Positions 30,254 through 39,023 of a stretch of 64,000 bases of DNA are shown one piece after another. The notes beneath the pieces were generated by a model. It was given only the letters and a program-made list of their open reading frames with translations. It ran no database searches and had not been told where the DNA came from. Position 1 is the first letter of the stretch; each line of letters starts with the position of its first letter. The DNA lies in NCBI GenBank assembly GCA_020723105.1, contig DYJL01000001.1, forward strand, positions 198,273 to 262,272. The letters are read 5' to 3'. The translations under genes were made by a program, and so were the position numbers. Source of the stretch: Nitrospira japonica. GTDB lineage: Bacteria; Nitrospirota; Thermodesulfovibrionia; UBA6902.

Positions 30254-31174
30254 TTAAAGTCCTCTCCGTTTTCTTTTCGGGGGCGTATTTTTGGCCAACA
30301 CCTTCTTTGTTTTCCTTGCGCCTTTCTTTCGTAAAGTGTCTTTTGCAGATGACCTGCCTTTCGCGGAGGTTGCAGTCTTCCTGGTGTTTCGAGACGAAAT
30401 GGAAACAGCGCTCTCTGATGAGACCGATGAAGAAACCTCTAAATCATGTTCGAGCTCGATGCCGAATGTTTGGGACAAATTAGCTTCCTCAATGATCCTG
30501 GAGCTTTTCTTTGACGCCAGGGCCAGAAGTTTTTGCTTATGCTCCGAGATAGCCTGCCCTATCAGTTCGCCCATTTCCACGTTCCGCATTTTGAAAAACA
30601 ACGCTGGACTCTCATCGAGCCGCGCCCCTATACCATAAAGAGCTGCCGCCACGTGCTTACACATACCGGCCCAGTCAGGACAGGAGCAACTAAATTTGAT
30701 TTCCTTTGGCGACGGGAACATGCCTGAATCCTTATGAGTAAATATTTCTGCCATCGTTTTGGGAAAGCTCCCGTTGATGAGCTCTCGCAAAGATTCAAGC
30801 ATTCCCTGACATTGATTTATGATTGTCTGCCAAATATCTTTCTTTAGAGTTTTTATGCTGATGACCACTGAATAAGGGCTTGACTGTGATCCCTGGACAG
30901 ACGCCAGAACTTCCCCGGAGTCGATCTGCAGATCAAGTACCGCGCCGTGGCGGACGTAGCTCCGTCCCCTGCCGATGCGGTTATGGTAATCGGCGTATCG
31001 CTCAAGATTGCGGTTCCAGGCCTTGCCCCACCAGGTGCATGCAATAGCTGTGCCCTGAAGGATCACCGGCTTCAGGTTCGGGTTCTTCTTTGACAACTGC
31101 TTAAGTTTCTTCGCTGCCTTTGCCTTTTTCTCGGCTACGGATACATATCGAGGAAACCTATCCCAGTAAGACAT
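30254..31174 (-). CDS. SWIM zinc-finger domain protein with a basic Lys/Arg-rich C-terminal tail
   Basis: CSCPDWAGMCKHVAAALY fits the SWIM CxCx(n)CxH signature. The C-terminal about 60 aa are K/R/S/A-rich. Confidence 0.7.
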   Translation of the reverse strand: MSYWDRFPRYVSVAEKKAKAAKKLKQLSKKNPNLKPVILQGTAIACTWWGKAWNRNLERYADYHNRIGRGRSYVRHGAVLDLQIDSGEVLASVQGSQSSPYSVVISIKTLKKDIWQTIINQCQGMLESLRELINGSFPKTMAEIFTHKDSGMFPSPKEIKFSCSCPDWAGMCKHVAAALYGIGARLDESPALFFKMRNVEMGELIGQAISEHKQKLLALASKKSSRIIEEANLSQTFGIELEHDLEVSSSVSSESAVSISSRNTRKTATSAKGRSSAKDTLRKKGARKTKKVLAKNTPPKRKRRGL

Positions 31175-31274
31175 TTATTATGCTCCTTACAGATTTATTA
31201 ATGGCAACGACTCTCGTCTGTCTTGCGAACCGCAAAGTGCGCAAAGGAATAAACAGAGCTATTTTATCACAGGG

Positions 31275-33944
31275 TCATACAGACAGGGAAAAAAGTTCAA
31301 TCAGAGCATCATTGTCCATCTCCGTTATCCAGTCCTCTCCTACTGATTGAATCACTTCCTGAGCCAGTTTTATCTTGCCTTCTATCATCCTGTCGATCTT
31401 TTCTTCAATCGTACCTTCTGTGATGAATTTGTGGACGACAACGCCTTTTTTCTGGCCTATCCTAAAGGCCCTGTCGGTAGCCTGATTCTCTACCGCCGGG
31501 TTCCACCAGCGGTCAAAGTGTATGACATGATTTGCCGCCGTAAGGTTCAGACCCACTCCACCTGCTTTTAATGAGAGTACCATGAAAGGTACATAAGCGG
31601 CGTTCTGGAATTTATCGATCAAGCCTTTTCTCTTTGCCACGGCGGTGCCGCCGTGCAGGATGAGGCCTTCCCTTCCGAACACGATGTCAAGGAATGCCTT
31701 GAGTGGCTCGGTTATTTCCCTGAACTGAGTGAAGACCAGGACCTTTTCCCTCTTTCCAAGGATGGTTTCGCAGATCTCTCTAAGCCTGCCGAATTTGCCG
31801 CTTTCTTCTTCATCGTACCCGTCTGTTCCAAGATACTGATCAGGGTGATTGCAGAGCTGTTTGAATTTCATGAGCGAGGAGAGGACTATGCCTTTGCGCT
31901 GAATGCCCTCGGTCCGATCTATCGTCTCTTTAAGCTCACGGACCATTTCTTTATAGAGGAGAAGCTGCTTCTTGCTTAAAGATGCATACGTCTTCATTTC
32001 GACCTTTTCGGGCAGGTCTGAAATAACCGCCCTGTCGGTTTTCAGACGTCTCAGAATATAGGGGCTGATAATCCGCCTCAGTCTTGCGTAGCCATCGGGA
32101 GACTGATGCAGCGCCTTTGCGAATTTGACGAACTCTTGAGCGCCTCCGAGCAGTCCGGGGTTAATGAAGTCGAACAGGGACCAAAGATCGGACAGCCTGT
32201 TTTCAACCGGAGTGCCTGTCATGATTAGCCTGTTTTGGGCCTTGAGCCTTTTTATGCTCCGCGTCTGCTTTGCTCCGGGGTTCTTAATAGCTTGGGCTTC
32301 GTCGAGTATGATGTAGTTCCATTCACACTCATGAAGCCACTCATATCTCTGCGCAAGGGAGTAGGTCGTAATGACAAGATCGATTCCCTTCAGTGAATCA
32401 CGGTCATTCGGCTCTATCTTTCTTTCTGTGGGCGCTCCAGGATGCGCGATACAAAAAATCAGGTCCGGCGCAAAGCGGGTGAGCTCATTCTCCCAATTCG
32501 AAATGAGGGACGCGGGCACGACGAGCAGGCTCGGCAGTCGCGGGTTTTGCGATTTAATAATAGTGAGCAGCCCGATTACCTGGACGGTCTTTCCAAGCCC
32601 CATGTCATCCGCCAGACAGATACCAAGTCTTAAAGAATGGAGAAAGGCAAGCCAGTTCACTCCTTTCTGCTGATACGGCCTCAGGTCGGCCTTTAATGCC
32701 TTCCCCGTCTGAGTAAAATCTATCGACTCGGGGCTGCGGAGCTTTTTCAGCACAGTATCGAGCCATTTGCCGTTTGTCAATTCAATATCCTGCGACTGGT
32801 CGGAAACTCCCAAAGCGGATTTCGGATCCAACTGCATACGCATGGCGTCTCTGAAGCTGAATTCGCCTGCCGCAATCATATCACGCGCCTTCTCGTATGC
32901 ATCGAGGGTTTGCTTCAATTTCTCTGGATCAACCGCCACCCATCTGTTTTTGATCCAGGCGAGACCTTCCGATTTCAGGAGCAGCCGCCGGGCTTCATCT
33001 TCAGGGATGGCCGTGTCTCCAAGAAGGAGCTCTGGTCTAAAATCAAGGAGGGCGTCCATTCCGACGTGAGAAGGCTGCTTATCTCCGGCAGTTAAACGAA
33101 GTCTTACTCCCTGAGTGGGGCCTTTCCACCAGTTCGGGATCCTGCAAAGTATCCCGGCATTCTCATAGATTGAGGCCTCTTTTAAGAAGGTGTATGCCTC
33201 TTGCGTTGTCATTAAAAGAGGATGAAAGATTTCCCCGGATTCCACCAACTCGCTGATGAATCTGCTCTCCTTGGCAGCTAAGTGGACCGTTGAAAGCAGA
33301 TCCAGGAGCTTTTGATTGTCGCTGCCGAATTCTTCGAGAGCATATTTCAAAGGGACGTGTCTGGATGCGCCCCGGGTGTTGAGGCCTGTCGAATAGGTGG
33401 CCAGGAAGGCAAAAGGGGCATCGTCCTTTTTGCTCTCGACAAGATGGAAATAGACCCGACCTATAAGATGCACATTCGGACTGTAAGACCTGATGAACTC
33501 CTCGACAGTCCCTTTATAATGTCTGACACCCTCCGAAAAACATCTGTTAAGTCCACCCCATATGTTTTCAAGGAGGTCAGCATTCAGATACTCAGCGCCG
33601 GTCATGAGGGGCGCGCTGTCAATTACAGAGCAGGCTTCGTCGGATAAAAGCGAGACTGTGACGCTCTCCCTGATCTGCTCCATATCCGGCGTCATCCTTA
33701 TCTTTTCTGCGAACAGGCCTGCAAATGCACGCCAGAAATTGACCGAATCGGAAAGCTGAATAGATTTGTCACTGAACCCGATGAAAAGAAATGCTGAGGC
33801 CTTGTCAGCACTGAACCGCCGGAATATTTCCTGTTCCAATAACTGGCGACTCTTAGTGACCTGTTCTTCCGACGGCGACCATTCAAGCTGGACGTCGCCG
33901 CCCGGCATTATGACTGCGTGCAATTCCCTGTTCATAAGAGGCAT
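31275..33944 (-). CDS. SNF2-family (Snf2/Rad54-like) helicase/ATPase
   Basis: Motif I LADDMGLGKT and motif II ILDEAQAIKN. C-terminal helicase motifs LTAANHVIHFDRWWNPAVENQATDRAFRIGQKK. Confidence 0.85.
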   Translation of the reverse strand: MPLMNRELHAVIMPGGDVQLEWSPSEEQVTKSRQLLEQEIFRRFSADKASAFLFIGFSDKSIQLSDSVNFWRAFAGLFAEKIRMTPDMEQIRESVTVSLLSDEACSVIDSAPLMTGAEYLNADLLENIWGGLNRCFSEGVRHYKGTVEEFIRSYSPNVHLIGRVYFHLVESKKDDAPFAFLATYSTGLNTRGASRHVPLKYALEEFGSDNQKLLDLLSTVHLAAKESRFISELVESGEIFHPLLMTTQEAYTFLKEASIYENAGILCRIPNWWKGPTQGVRLRLTAGDKQPSHVGMDALLDFRPELLLGDTAIPEDEARRLLLKSEGLAWIKNRWVAVDPEKLKQTLDAYEKARDMIAAGEFSFRDAMRMQLDPKSALGVSDQSQDIELTNGKWLDTVLKKLRSPESIDFTQTGKALKADLRPYQQKGVNWLAFLHSLRLGICLADDMGLGKTVQVIGLLTIIKSQNPRLPSLLVVPASLISNWENELTRFAPDLIFCIAHPGAPTERKIEPNDRDSLKGIDLVITTYSLAQRYEWLHECEWNYIILDEAQAIKNPGAKQTRSIKRLKAQNRLIMTGTPVENRLSDLWSLFDFINPGLLGGAQEFVKFAKALHQSPDGYARLRRIISPYILRRLKTDRAVISDLPEKVEMKTYASLSKKQLLLYKEMVRELKETIDRTEGIQRKGIVLSSLMKFKQLCNHPDQYLGTDGYDEEESGKFGRLREICETILGKREKVLVFTQFREITEPLKAFLDIVFGREGLILHGGTAVAKRKGLIDKFQNAAYVPFMVLSLKAGGVGLNLTAANHVIHFDRWWNPAVENQATDRAFRIGQKKGVVVHKFITEGTIEEKIDRMIEGKIKLAQEVIQSVGEDWITEMDNDALIELFSLSV

Positions 33945-33945
33945 C

Positions 33946-35343
33946 TCAGAACATTTCCATCGCGGAGATCAATAAAACCTGCTCCCTCTTAGCCCTTTCT
34001 CTTAAAGCATCCGTATAGCCTGATCTTGAAAACAGCATGAAATACTCTTTCCTCTTCCCTTTGTTCAATTCCACAAGGGATGCCTTCCTCTTTAGATCGT
34101 CCAGGATATTGACTCCGACCGGCTTCTTGCTCCACTTGGCCTCGCCAAAATATATTCCTTTGTTTTCCTCATCGATGGCGATTATGTCAATCTCCTCATT
34201 CTTCTGCCACCACCTGCCTATTGAGGTAAACCTGATTTTGCCGTCCCTCATCATATCCAAACAATATCCCTTGCACACGTCCTCGAATACAAATGAAAGA
34301 TGTTGGTCAAAGGTTTCCTTTATCATCCGCAGCACTTCCCCTCCTTTGCCGATTTCGAGTCTGCTCCTGTTCGGAAAGACATATTTGAACCAGAATTCAA
34401 AGAACCGGTCGTGAATTCTATAAAGTCCCATCTTGCTCTTTTCGGGATATTTTTCGGTTACCGGCACCTCTTTTTCAACGAGCCTGAGACCACGAAGAAT
34501 TTCGAGATACCTTGAAAGAAGACTCTTTTCAAACGCGGTGTCGTTGATAATCTCCGAGAGCTTTCTTTTCCCCTGCGCGATTGATCTCAGAATGACAAAG
34601 TAGTTCCTCGGCTCCCTCAGCTCCTCGCGCAGCAGGTATTCCACCTCGTTATAAAGGAATGTCCCTCTGTCCAGTATAAGCTCTTCTATATTTTGGAATA
34701 TATCTTTTTCGGGATTGAGCTTTTCAAGATAAGCCGGGATCGTTCCGGTCACCCCGAAGATGGAAACGAGCTCATCTATTTCTTTATCGGGGAAGAACTC
34801 TTTCAGACAATTAAATCCCATCTCCCTGAGCTCGAGGGCTCCCGTTCTTCTTCCATAAAGGGGGGCCTTGTAGAAAAGCACCTCCCTCTCCATCATCCCG
34901 ATGCTTGAACCCATAAGGATGAGGAACAGCTTTGTGTCTTTGAAATACTGGTCAATCCCCTTCTGGAATATGGAGGAGATTGCCTTGTTTGAGTTCACAA
35001 GATAGGGGAATTCATCTATTACAATGAGCGTTCTCTCTTTTGTCCTTTTTTTCAGGTAGTCAAAGAACTGATACCAGTCTTTGAACCCTGTTTCTGCAAG
35101 GAAGGTGTCATCAAAGAAAGCGCCTACCTCTCTGCCGAGGAGTTTTAGTTGCTCTTGTTCGGCAACGCTGTCGGCAAGGAAGTATATGGCCGGCTTCTCT
35201 TTAATGAATTCCTGAACAAGTCTTGTCTTCCCAATCCTTCTTCTTCCGTAAATAGGGATAAACTGGAATTTGTCTTCCCTGTATAATCCTTCAAGGATTT
35301 TAAGCTCTTCTTTTCTGTCAACAAATTTCATTCCGCCTCTCAA
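33946..35343 (-). CDS. Arch_ATPase (PF01637-like) AAA ATPase with C-terminal DUF234-like domain
   Basis: FVDRKEELKILE...IPIYGRRRIGKT Walker A and LIVIDEFPYL Walker B. The C-terminal region looks like DUF234. The stop is 1 nt from the SNF2 start, suggesting an operon. Confidence 0.65.
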   Translation of the reverse strand: MRGGMKFVDRKEELKILEGLYREDKFQFIPIYGRRRIGKTRLVQEFIKEKPAIYFLADSVAEQEQLKLLGREVGAFFDDTFLAETGFKDWYQFFDYLKKRTKERTLIVIDEFPYLVNSNKAISSIFQKGIDQYFKDTKLFLILMGSSIGMMEREVLFYKAPLYGRRTGALELREMGFNCLKEFFPDKEIDELVSIFGVTGTIPAYLEKLNPEKDIFQNIEELILDRGTFLYNEVEYLLREELREPRNYFVILRSIAQGKRKLSEIINDTAFEKSLLSRYLEILRGLRLVEKEVPVTEKYPEKSKMGLYRIHDRFFEFWFKYVFPNRSRLEIGKGGEVLRMIKETFDQHLSFVFEDVCKGYCLDMMRDGKIRFTSIGRWWQKNEEIDIIAIDEENKGIYFGEAKWSKKPVGVNILDDLKRKASLVELNKGKRKEYFMLFSRSGYTDALRERAKREQVLLISAMEMF

Positions 35344-35571
35344 GTATAATCACGATTAGTATAATGTGGATTATACATAATATCGTGGTGCAATGCAATA
35401 TAAGGGGTTTTCTTTCGGAATGTCAGTATGACGGAAGTCCCGGTCGTTAAGGAGCGTGAAGAAATCGTGAAAGAAAATTATCAAAAACAATATAATTACG
35501 ACGAATAATATAGGAATAGGAAATGGGGCCAACTAAAAGACAGGTAATAATTATTTAGTATTTTCAGGCGC

Positions 35572-35763
35572 TTGCAAGGTTCCTTGGTTGAGAATGGAGA
35601 TGTAACGTCTTCTCTACTGCATATCAATAAATGCCTGTCAAAGGCTCTTGAGTCATTAAACCTGAAGCCTCATTATGAAATAACATGCACCGACTGCGGA
35701 GGGATAATGATTCTGGAAGAAGGATGTATGAAGTGTTACACATGCGGCGCGAGCGTCTGCTGA
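35572..35763 (+). pseudogene. Orphan 3' fragment of a class II RNR gene (nrdJ C-terminal zinc-ribbon)
   Basis: ...GDVTSSLLHINKCLSKALESLNLKPHYEITCTDCGGIMILEEGCMKCYTCGASVC is a close match to the nrdJ C-terminus at 29904..30073. No RNR-like sequence lies upstream of it. Confidence 0.7.
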
Positions 35764-35806
35764 AATTGAATTGAAGGGCGTATGGGAATTTCTGTACGTC
35801 CTTTTT
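35595..35806. repeat. Right copy of the ~220-bp diverged direct repeat
   Basis: See 29904..30130. Confidence 0.7.
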
Positions 35807-35967
35807 TTTGCTTTTAAAATGTATTCCTTGGAAGTTTGATTAACATTAGCGGGGTGCTGAGATAGGGATCATCAAAAATGGATAAATATGTAGAACATAA
35901 CCTATCAAACTCGAATACATTAAATTTACATCTTGCCCCCCCTCTGAATATTGCAACGGTTTCTTCC

Positions 35968-37077
35968 TTAGAACCAGATCTTCACCGGGCAATGGTCCGA
36001 GATGTTGTTCTTCCAATCCTTCTCGATTTCCTTAAACCGTTTGTGGTCAAATGGTAACTTCGATTTCTCCGGCGCAGTAGAACCTGGCTGTGAAGTAACG
36101 GGGTCTTCTTCAAAATGGATCAGGGTTGCTGGAAGGATATTGCCAGATTTTCCTGCCTTATAAGATAAACCTCTGCGTTCAATATGCGGTTTTTTCTTTT
36201 CATCATTCTGTACTTCCTTTTTAATCCTTTGTGCTAATGCCTTTGATACCAAAATAAAATCGATTTGTGAAACGCGATTCTTATCGCGCCAGAAATATGT
36301 CCATGCGTCATCCTCTGCTCTATATTCCTGAATGACATTACTTAGATAAGGAGATTCGATTAAAGGCTTTATATATGGACTATACGGAGTATCATTAAAG
36401 TCCCCAACAACAGCATAAAGTGCAGAATCATGTTCACCTTTGAAACGATCTTCTATTTGTTCAGAAACAGTTTTTGCCTGTAATTTCCTCTGCCCATGAC
36501 TTTCACTGATGCGGACATGGTATTTTGCATTTGATTCATTTTTCTTTTTTATTACCAGTTTTGATTTCAAATGATTGACGAAGAGAGTAAGTTTTTCACC
36601 ACCGTGCAATATAAAGGTCACTTCAAGACAATCACGGCTAAATATCCTTTTTCCGTTCTTGGTTTCATCAATATGACTTCTTATATCTTTAATAGGAAAC
36701 GTGGATAGGACTCCAACATCTATATTCCTCGGGTCGTACCCGTCAATCAATAATGAATACTGATAATAGCTTTTGAGGTAGTTTTCATTAAACGCGCGTA
36801 TCGCATCCATGTTTTCTACTTCCTGAAGGCATAGTATATCAGGCAACTGCCCGTCTGGTTCTTTCAATGCCTTTACAGCTATCTTTCGTCTCTCTGGTTC
36901 CCAGATGATAAAATTATTTGGCAAATATTTACCAAATGCCTTTTCAGGAATATATCCCATCGTTGCTGCTTCTGATGCTTCAACCAGAGATTTTTTCGAC
37001 ATGTCGCCAGGGTAGGTCTTGCTGAACTTATACCTAAGAAAAAAATTGTTGGCGTTGAAAGTTGCTAAAGATGGCAT
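35968..37077 (-). CDS. Endonuclease/exonuclease/phosphatase (EEP) family protein
   Basis: ILCLQEVEN near the N-terminus, GDFNDTPYSP, and C-terminal SDHCPV are EEP signature blocks. Confidence 0.7.
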   Translation of the reverse strand: MPSLATFNANNFFLRYKFSKTYPGDMSKKSLVEASEAATMGYIPEKAFGKYLPNNFIIWEPERRKIAVKALKEPDGQLPDILCLQEVENMDAIRAFNENYLKSYYQYSLLIDGYDPRNIDVGVLSTFPIKDIRSHIDETKNGKRIFSRDCLEVTFILHGGEKLTLFVNHLKSKLVIKKKNESNAKYHVRISESHGQRKLQAKTVSEQIEDRFKGEHDSALYAVVGDFNDTPYSPYIKPLIESPYLSNVIQEYRAEDDAWTYFWRDKNRVSQIDFILVSKALAQRIKKEVQNDEKKKPHIERRGLSYKAGKSGNILPATLIHFEEDPVTSQPGSTAPEKSKLPFDHKRFKEIEKDWKNNISDHCPVKIWF

Positions 37078-37545
37078 GGTTTTCCCCTCCTTTATTTTCC
37101 GTTGATTGCTTAGATAATTAAATCAGGAACTAACTATTATTTCAATACTTTTTTATGTTCTTCTTTGATCCGGCACCGACCAATCCCGTACAGATATCAA
37201 AACATCTACCGGATGATGAGTTTGCAGTGTTGAGAGACAACGCAAATCTTTTTGCGTTGACACTTCCTTGAATAATCTTAAAGATTCAAGCTTAAATATT
37301 TTACAATTTTCATTGGAGTGATTTTAATAGTGCTGGGAGAGGATTTGATTATAAAAAAGAGGTTGTGAAAATCAATCTCAAAATTGTGCCCATTTTGTGC
37401 CCGTCAGACCAAAATTAATGCCAATTTCTGCCAACTCTATCCAACATTAAAAAATAGAGTAAGCCCTTGAAATAAGAGCTTAATAGCCTTATTTCAAGGG
37501 CTTGTAAGATTGGCTTAAAAACCGGTTTTTCGGTCTCAAAATCCA

Positions 37546-37589
37546 CTGAGGGCAACCTCGTGGGGGTTCAAGTCCCCCCTCCGGCACTC
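37546..37589 (+). other. tRNA 3'-half-like fragment: variable-arm hairpin, T-arm GGGGG-TTCAAGT-CCCCC and 3' acceptor strand, with no matching 5' half
   Basis: GAGG-GCAA-CCTC hairpin, then GGGGGTTCAAGTCCCCC (canonical T-loop), then CTCCGGC-A. The complementary GCCGGAG is absent upstream and no CCA is encoded. Sits in a 1-kb gene-free AT-rich gap. Confidence 0.3.
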
Positions 37590-38063
37590 TTATATCTTCC
37601 ACAGCCTTCCATGTCTGCAACCATTGGGATAAAGCTCACTATGAATTAACCGGGTTAAGATAATTGTAGAGCATAAGTTAGCGAATAATATAAAAGGATG
37701 CTGACTATGAGGGGACATGGCTGAAGTTAAAGTATTGGGCTCTTAGCTTAGGTAGGAAATAACCTTTAACATCAGAGTCAGCATCCTGAAATTATTATAT
37801 GGGTAATGCAGCGTTAAAACTATGATTTAAATCATGCTACTCAATTAGGTTATGTTATAAATAAAATAATATTGTTTTCGTATAGTTATTATGAACTGAC
37901 TATCTCGGTAAATTACTTTATATGAAGCCATCTAATATCTCAATTATTAAGCATATTTATTATCATTCCGATTAAATATAAATAATCTGCAAGATTACTT
38001 TTCAGGGGCCCAAAATCCATTTTCCTTATTGACAACTTCCCATTTTCATGTAGATAATAGCTC

Positions 38064-39023
38064 ATGCTTCTTACAGAAAACATAAAACAAACGACGGAAT
38101 ATAGAATAACTAAAGATACCGCATTGAGCTTATCAATGCTTAAAGGTGTTGAACTGTTCGATCTGTTTGCTATCTCTAACAAAATAAGGGATAAGTTTCA
38201 TAGCAATAGAATTGACTTGTGTTCTATTATCAATGCTAAATCTGGTGGATGTCCTGAAGATTGCTCTTTCTGTGCTCAATCCGCGCACAGTAATACAAAA
38301 ATCAATAGTTATCCATTACTGGATAAAGAAGAAATACTTAAGGCAGCAGATTCAGTGAGAAAATATGGAGTAAAGCGTTTTTGTATTGTTACAAGTGGCA
38401 GGAAACCTTCGCATATAGAGATAAAAAAGCTTTGCGAGTTTATTTCTGAGATAAGAGATATGGGTTTTCAACCTTGTGCTACACTCGGCATGCTGGGGGA
38501 AGAAGAGCTTGGATTATTAAAAGATGCTGGTCTTCATAGATATCATCATAATCTTGAAACCTCGGAGTCCTTTTTCAGTGAAATATGTACAACGCATACT
38601 TACAGAGAGAAAATTAAGACTATCGAAGCTGCAAAATCCGTTGGTCTTTCCGTGTGCAGCGGTGGCATATTTGGACTTGGCGAATCATGGGAAGACCGTA
38701 TTGATATGGCTTTTGCGCTGAAGGAAATCAAGGCTGATTCTGTGCCAATAAATTTTTTTACTCCTGTACCTGGAACCCCCATGGAAAACCGCGGGACATT
38801 AAGTCCCTTAGAAGCGCTGAAGATAATAGCTATTTACAGACTGATTCTTTCTGACAGGGAAATAAGGATTTGCGGCGGCAGACCTTACACCCTCAGGGAA
38901 CTGAATTCCTGTATATTCTTCGCCGGCGCCAATGGACTTTTAATCGGAAATTATCTTACGACTCAAGGGAGACCGCCAAAAGAAGATTTACAGACAATTA
39001 AAGATTTGGAGTTTGAGATTTAA
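38064..39023 (+). CDS. bioB: Biotin synthase (radical SAM)
   Basis: CPEDCSFCAQS (CxxxCxxC). Co-operonic with the bioW-like gene. Confidence 0.8.
   Translation: MLLTENIKQTTEYRITKDTALSLSMLKGVELFDLFAISNKIRDKFHSNRIDLCSIINAKSGGCPEDCSFCAQSAHSNTKINSYPLLDKEEILKAADSVRKYGVKRFCIVTSGRKPSHIEIKKLCEFISEIRDMGFQPCATLGMLGEEELGLLKDAGLHRYHHNLETSESFFSEICTTHTYREKIKTIEAAKSVGLSVCSGGIFGLGESWEDRIDMAFALKEIKADSVPINFFTPVPGTPMENRGTLSPLEALKIIAIYRLILSDREIRICGGRPYTLRELNSCIFFAGANGLLIGNYLTTQGRPPKEDLQTIKDLEFEI

Larger units (their letters stand above)
29904..35806. mobile_element. Putative ~5.5-kb islet inserted at the nrdJ 3' end, bounded by direct repeats. Cargo is SWIM-SNF2-ATPase. No recombinase is present.
   Basis: Direct repeats that duplicate the gene's 3' end and terminator. 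The displaced gene fragment sits downstream. All cargo is on the opposite strand to nrdJ. Confidence 0.4.

Noticed and set aside
37546-37589. Calling the T-arm/acceptor fragment a functional tRNA gene
   Set aside because: No complementary 5' acceptor strand, D-arm or anticodon arm could be built from upstream sequence. It is kept only as a remnant or att-site candidate.
24452-37600. Search for an integrase, relaxase or transposase that would make 24.5–37.6 kb a complete mobile element
   Set aside because: None of the ORFs shows tyrosine- or serine-recombinase, DDE or relaxase motifs. The region is therefore described as element-like or a remnant, not as a defined ICE or prophage.
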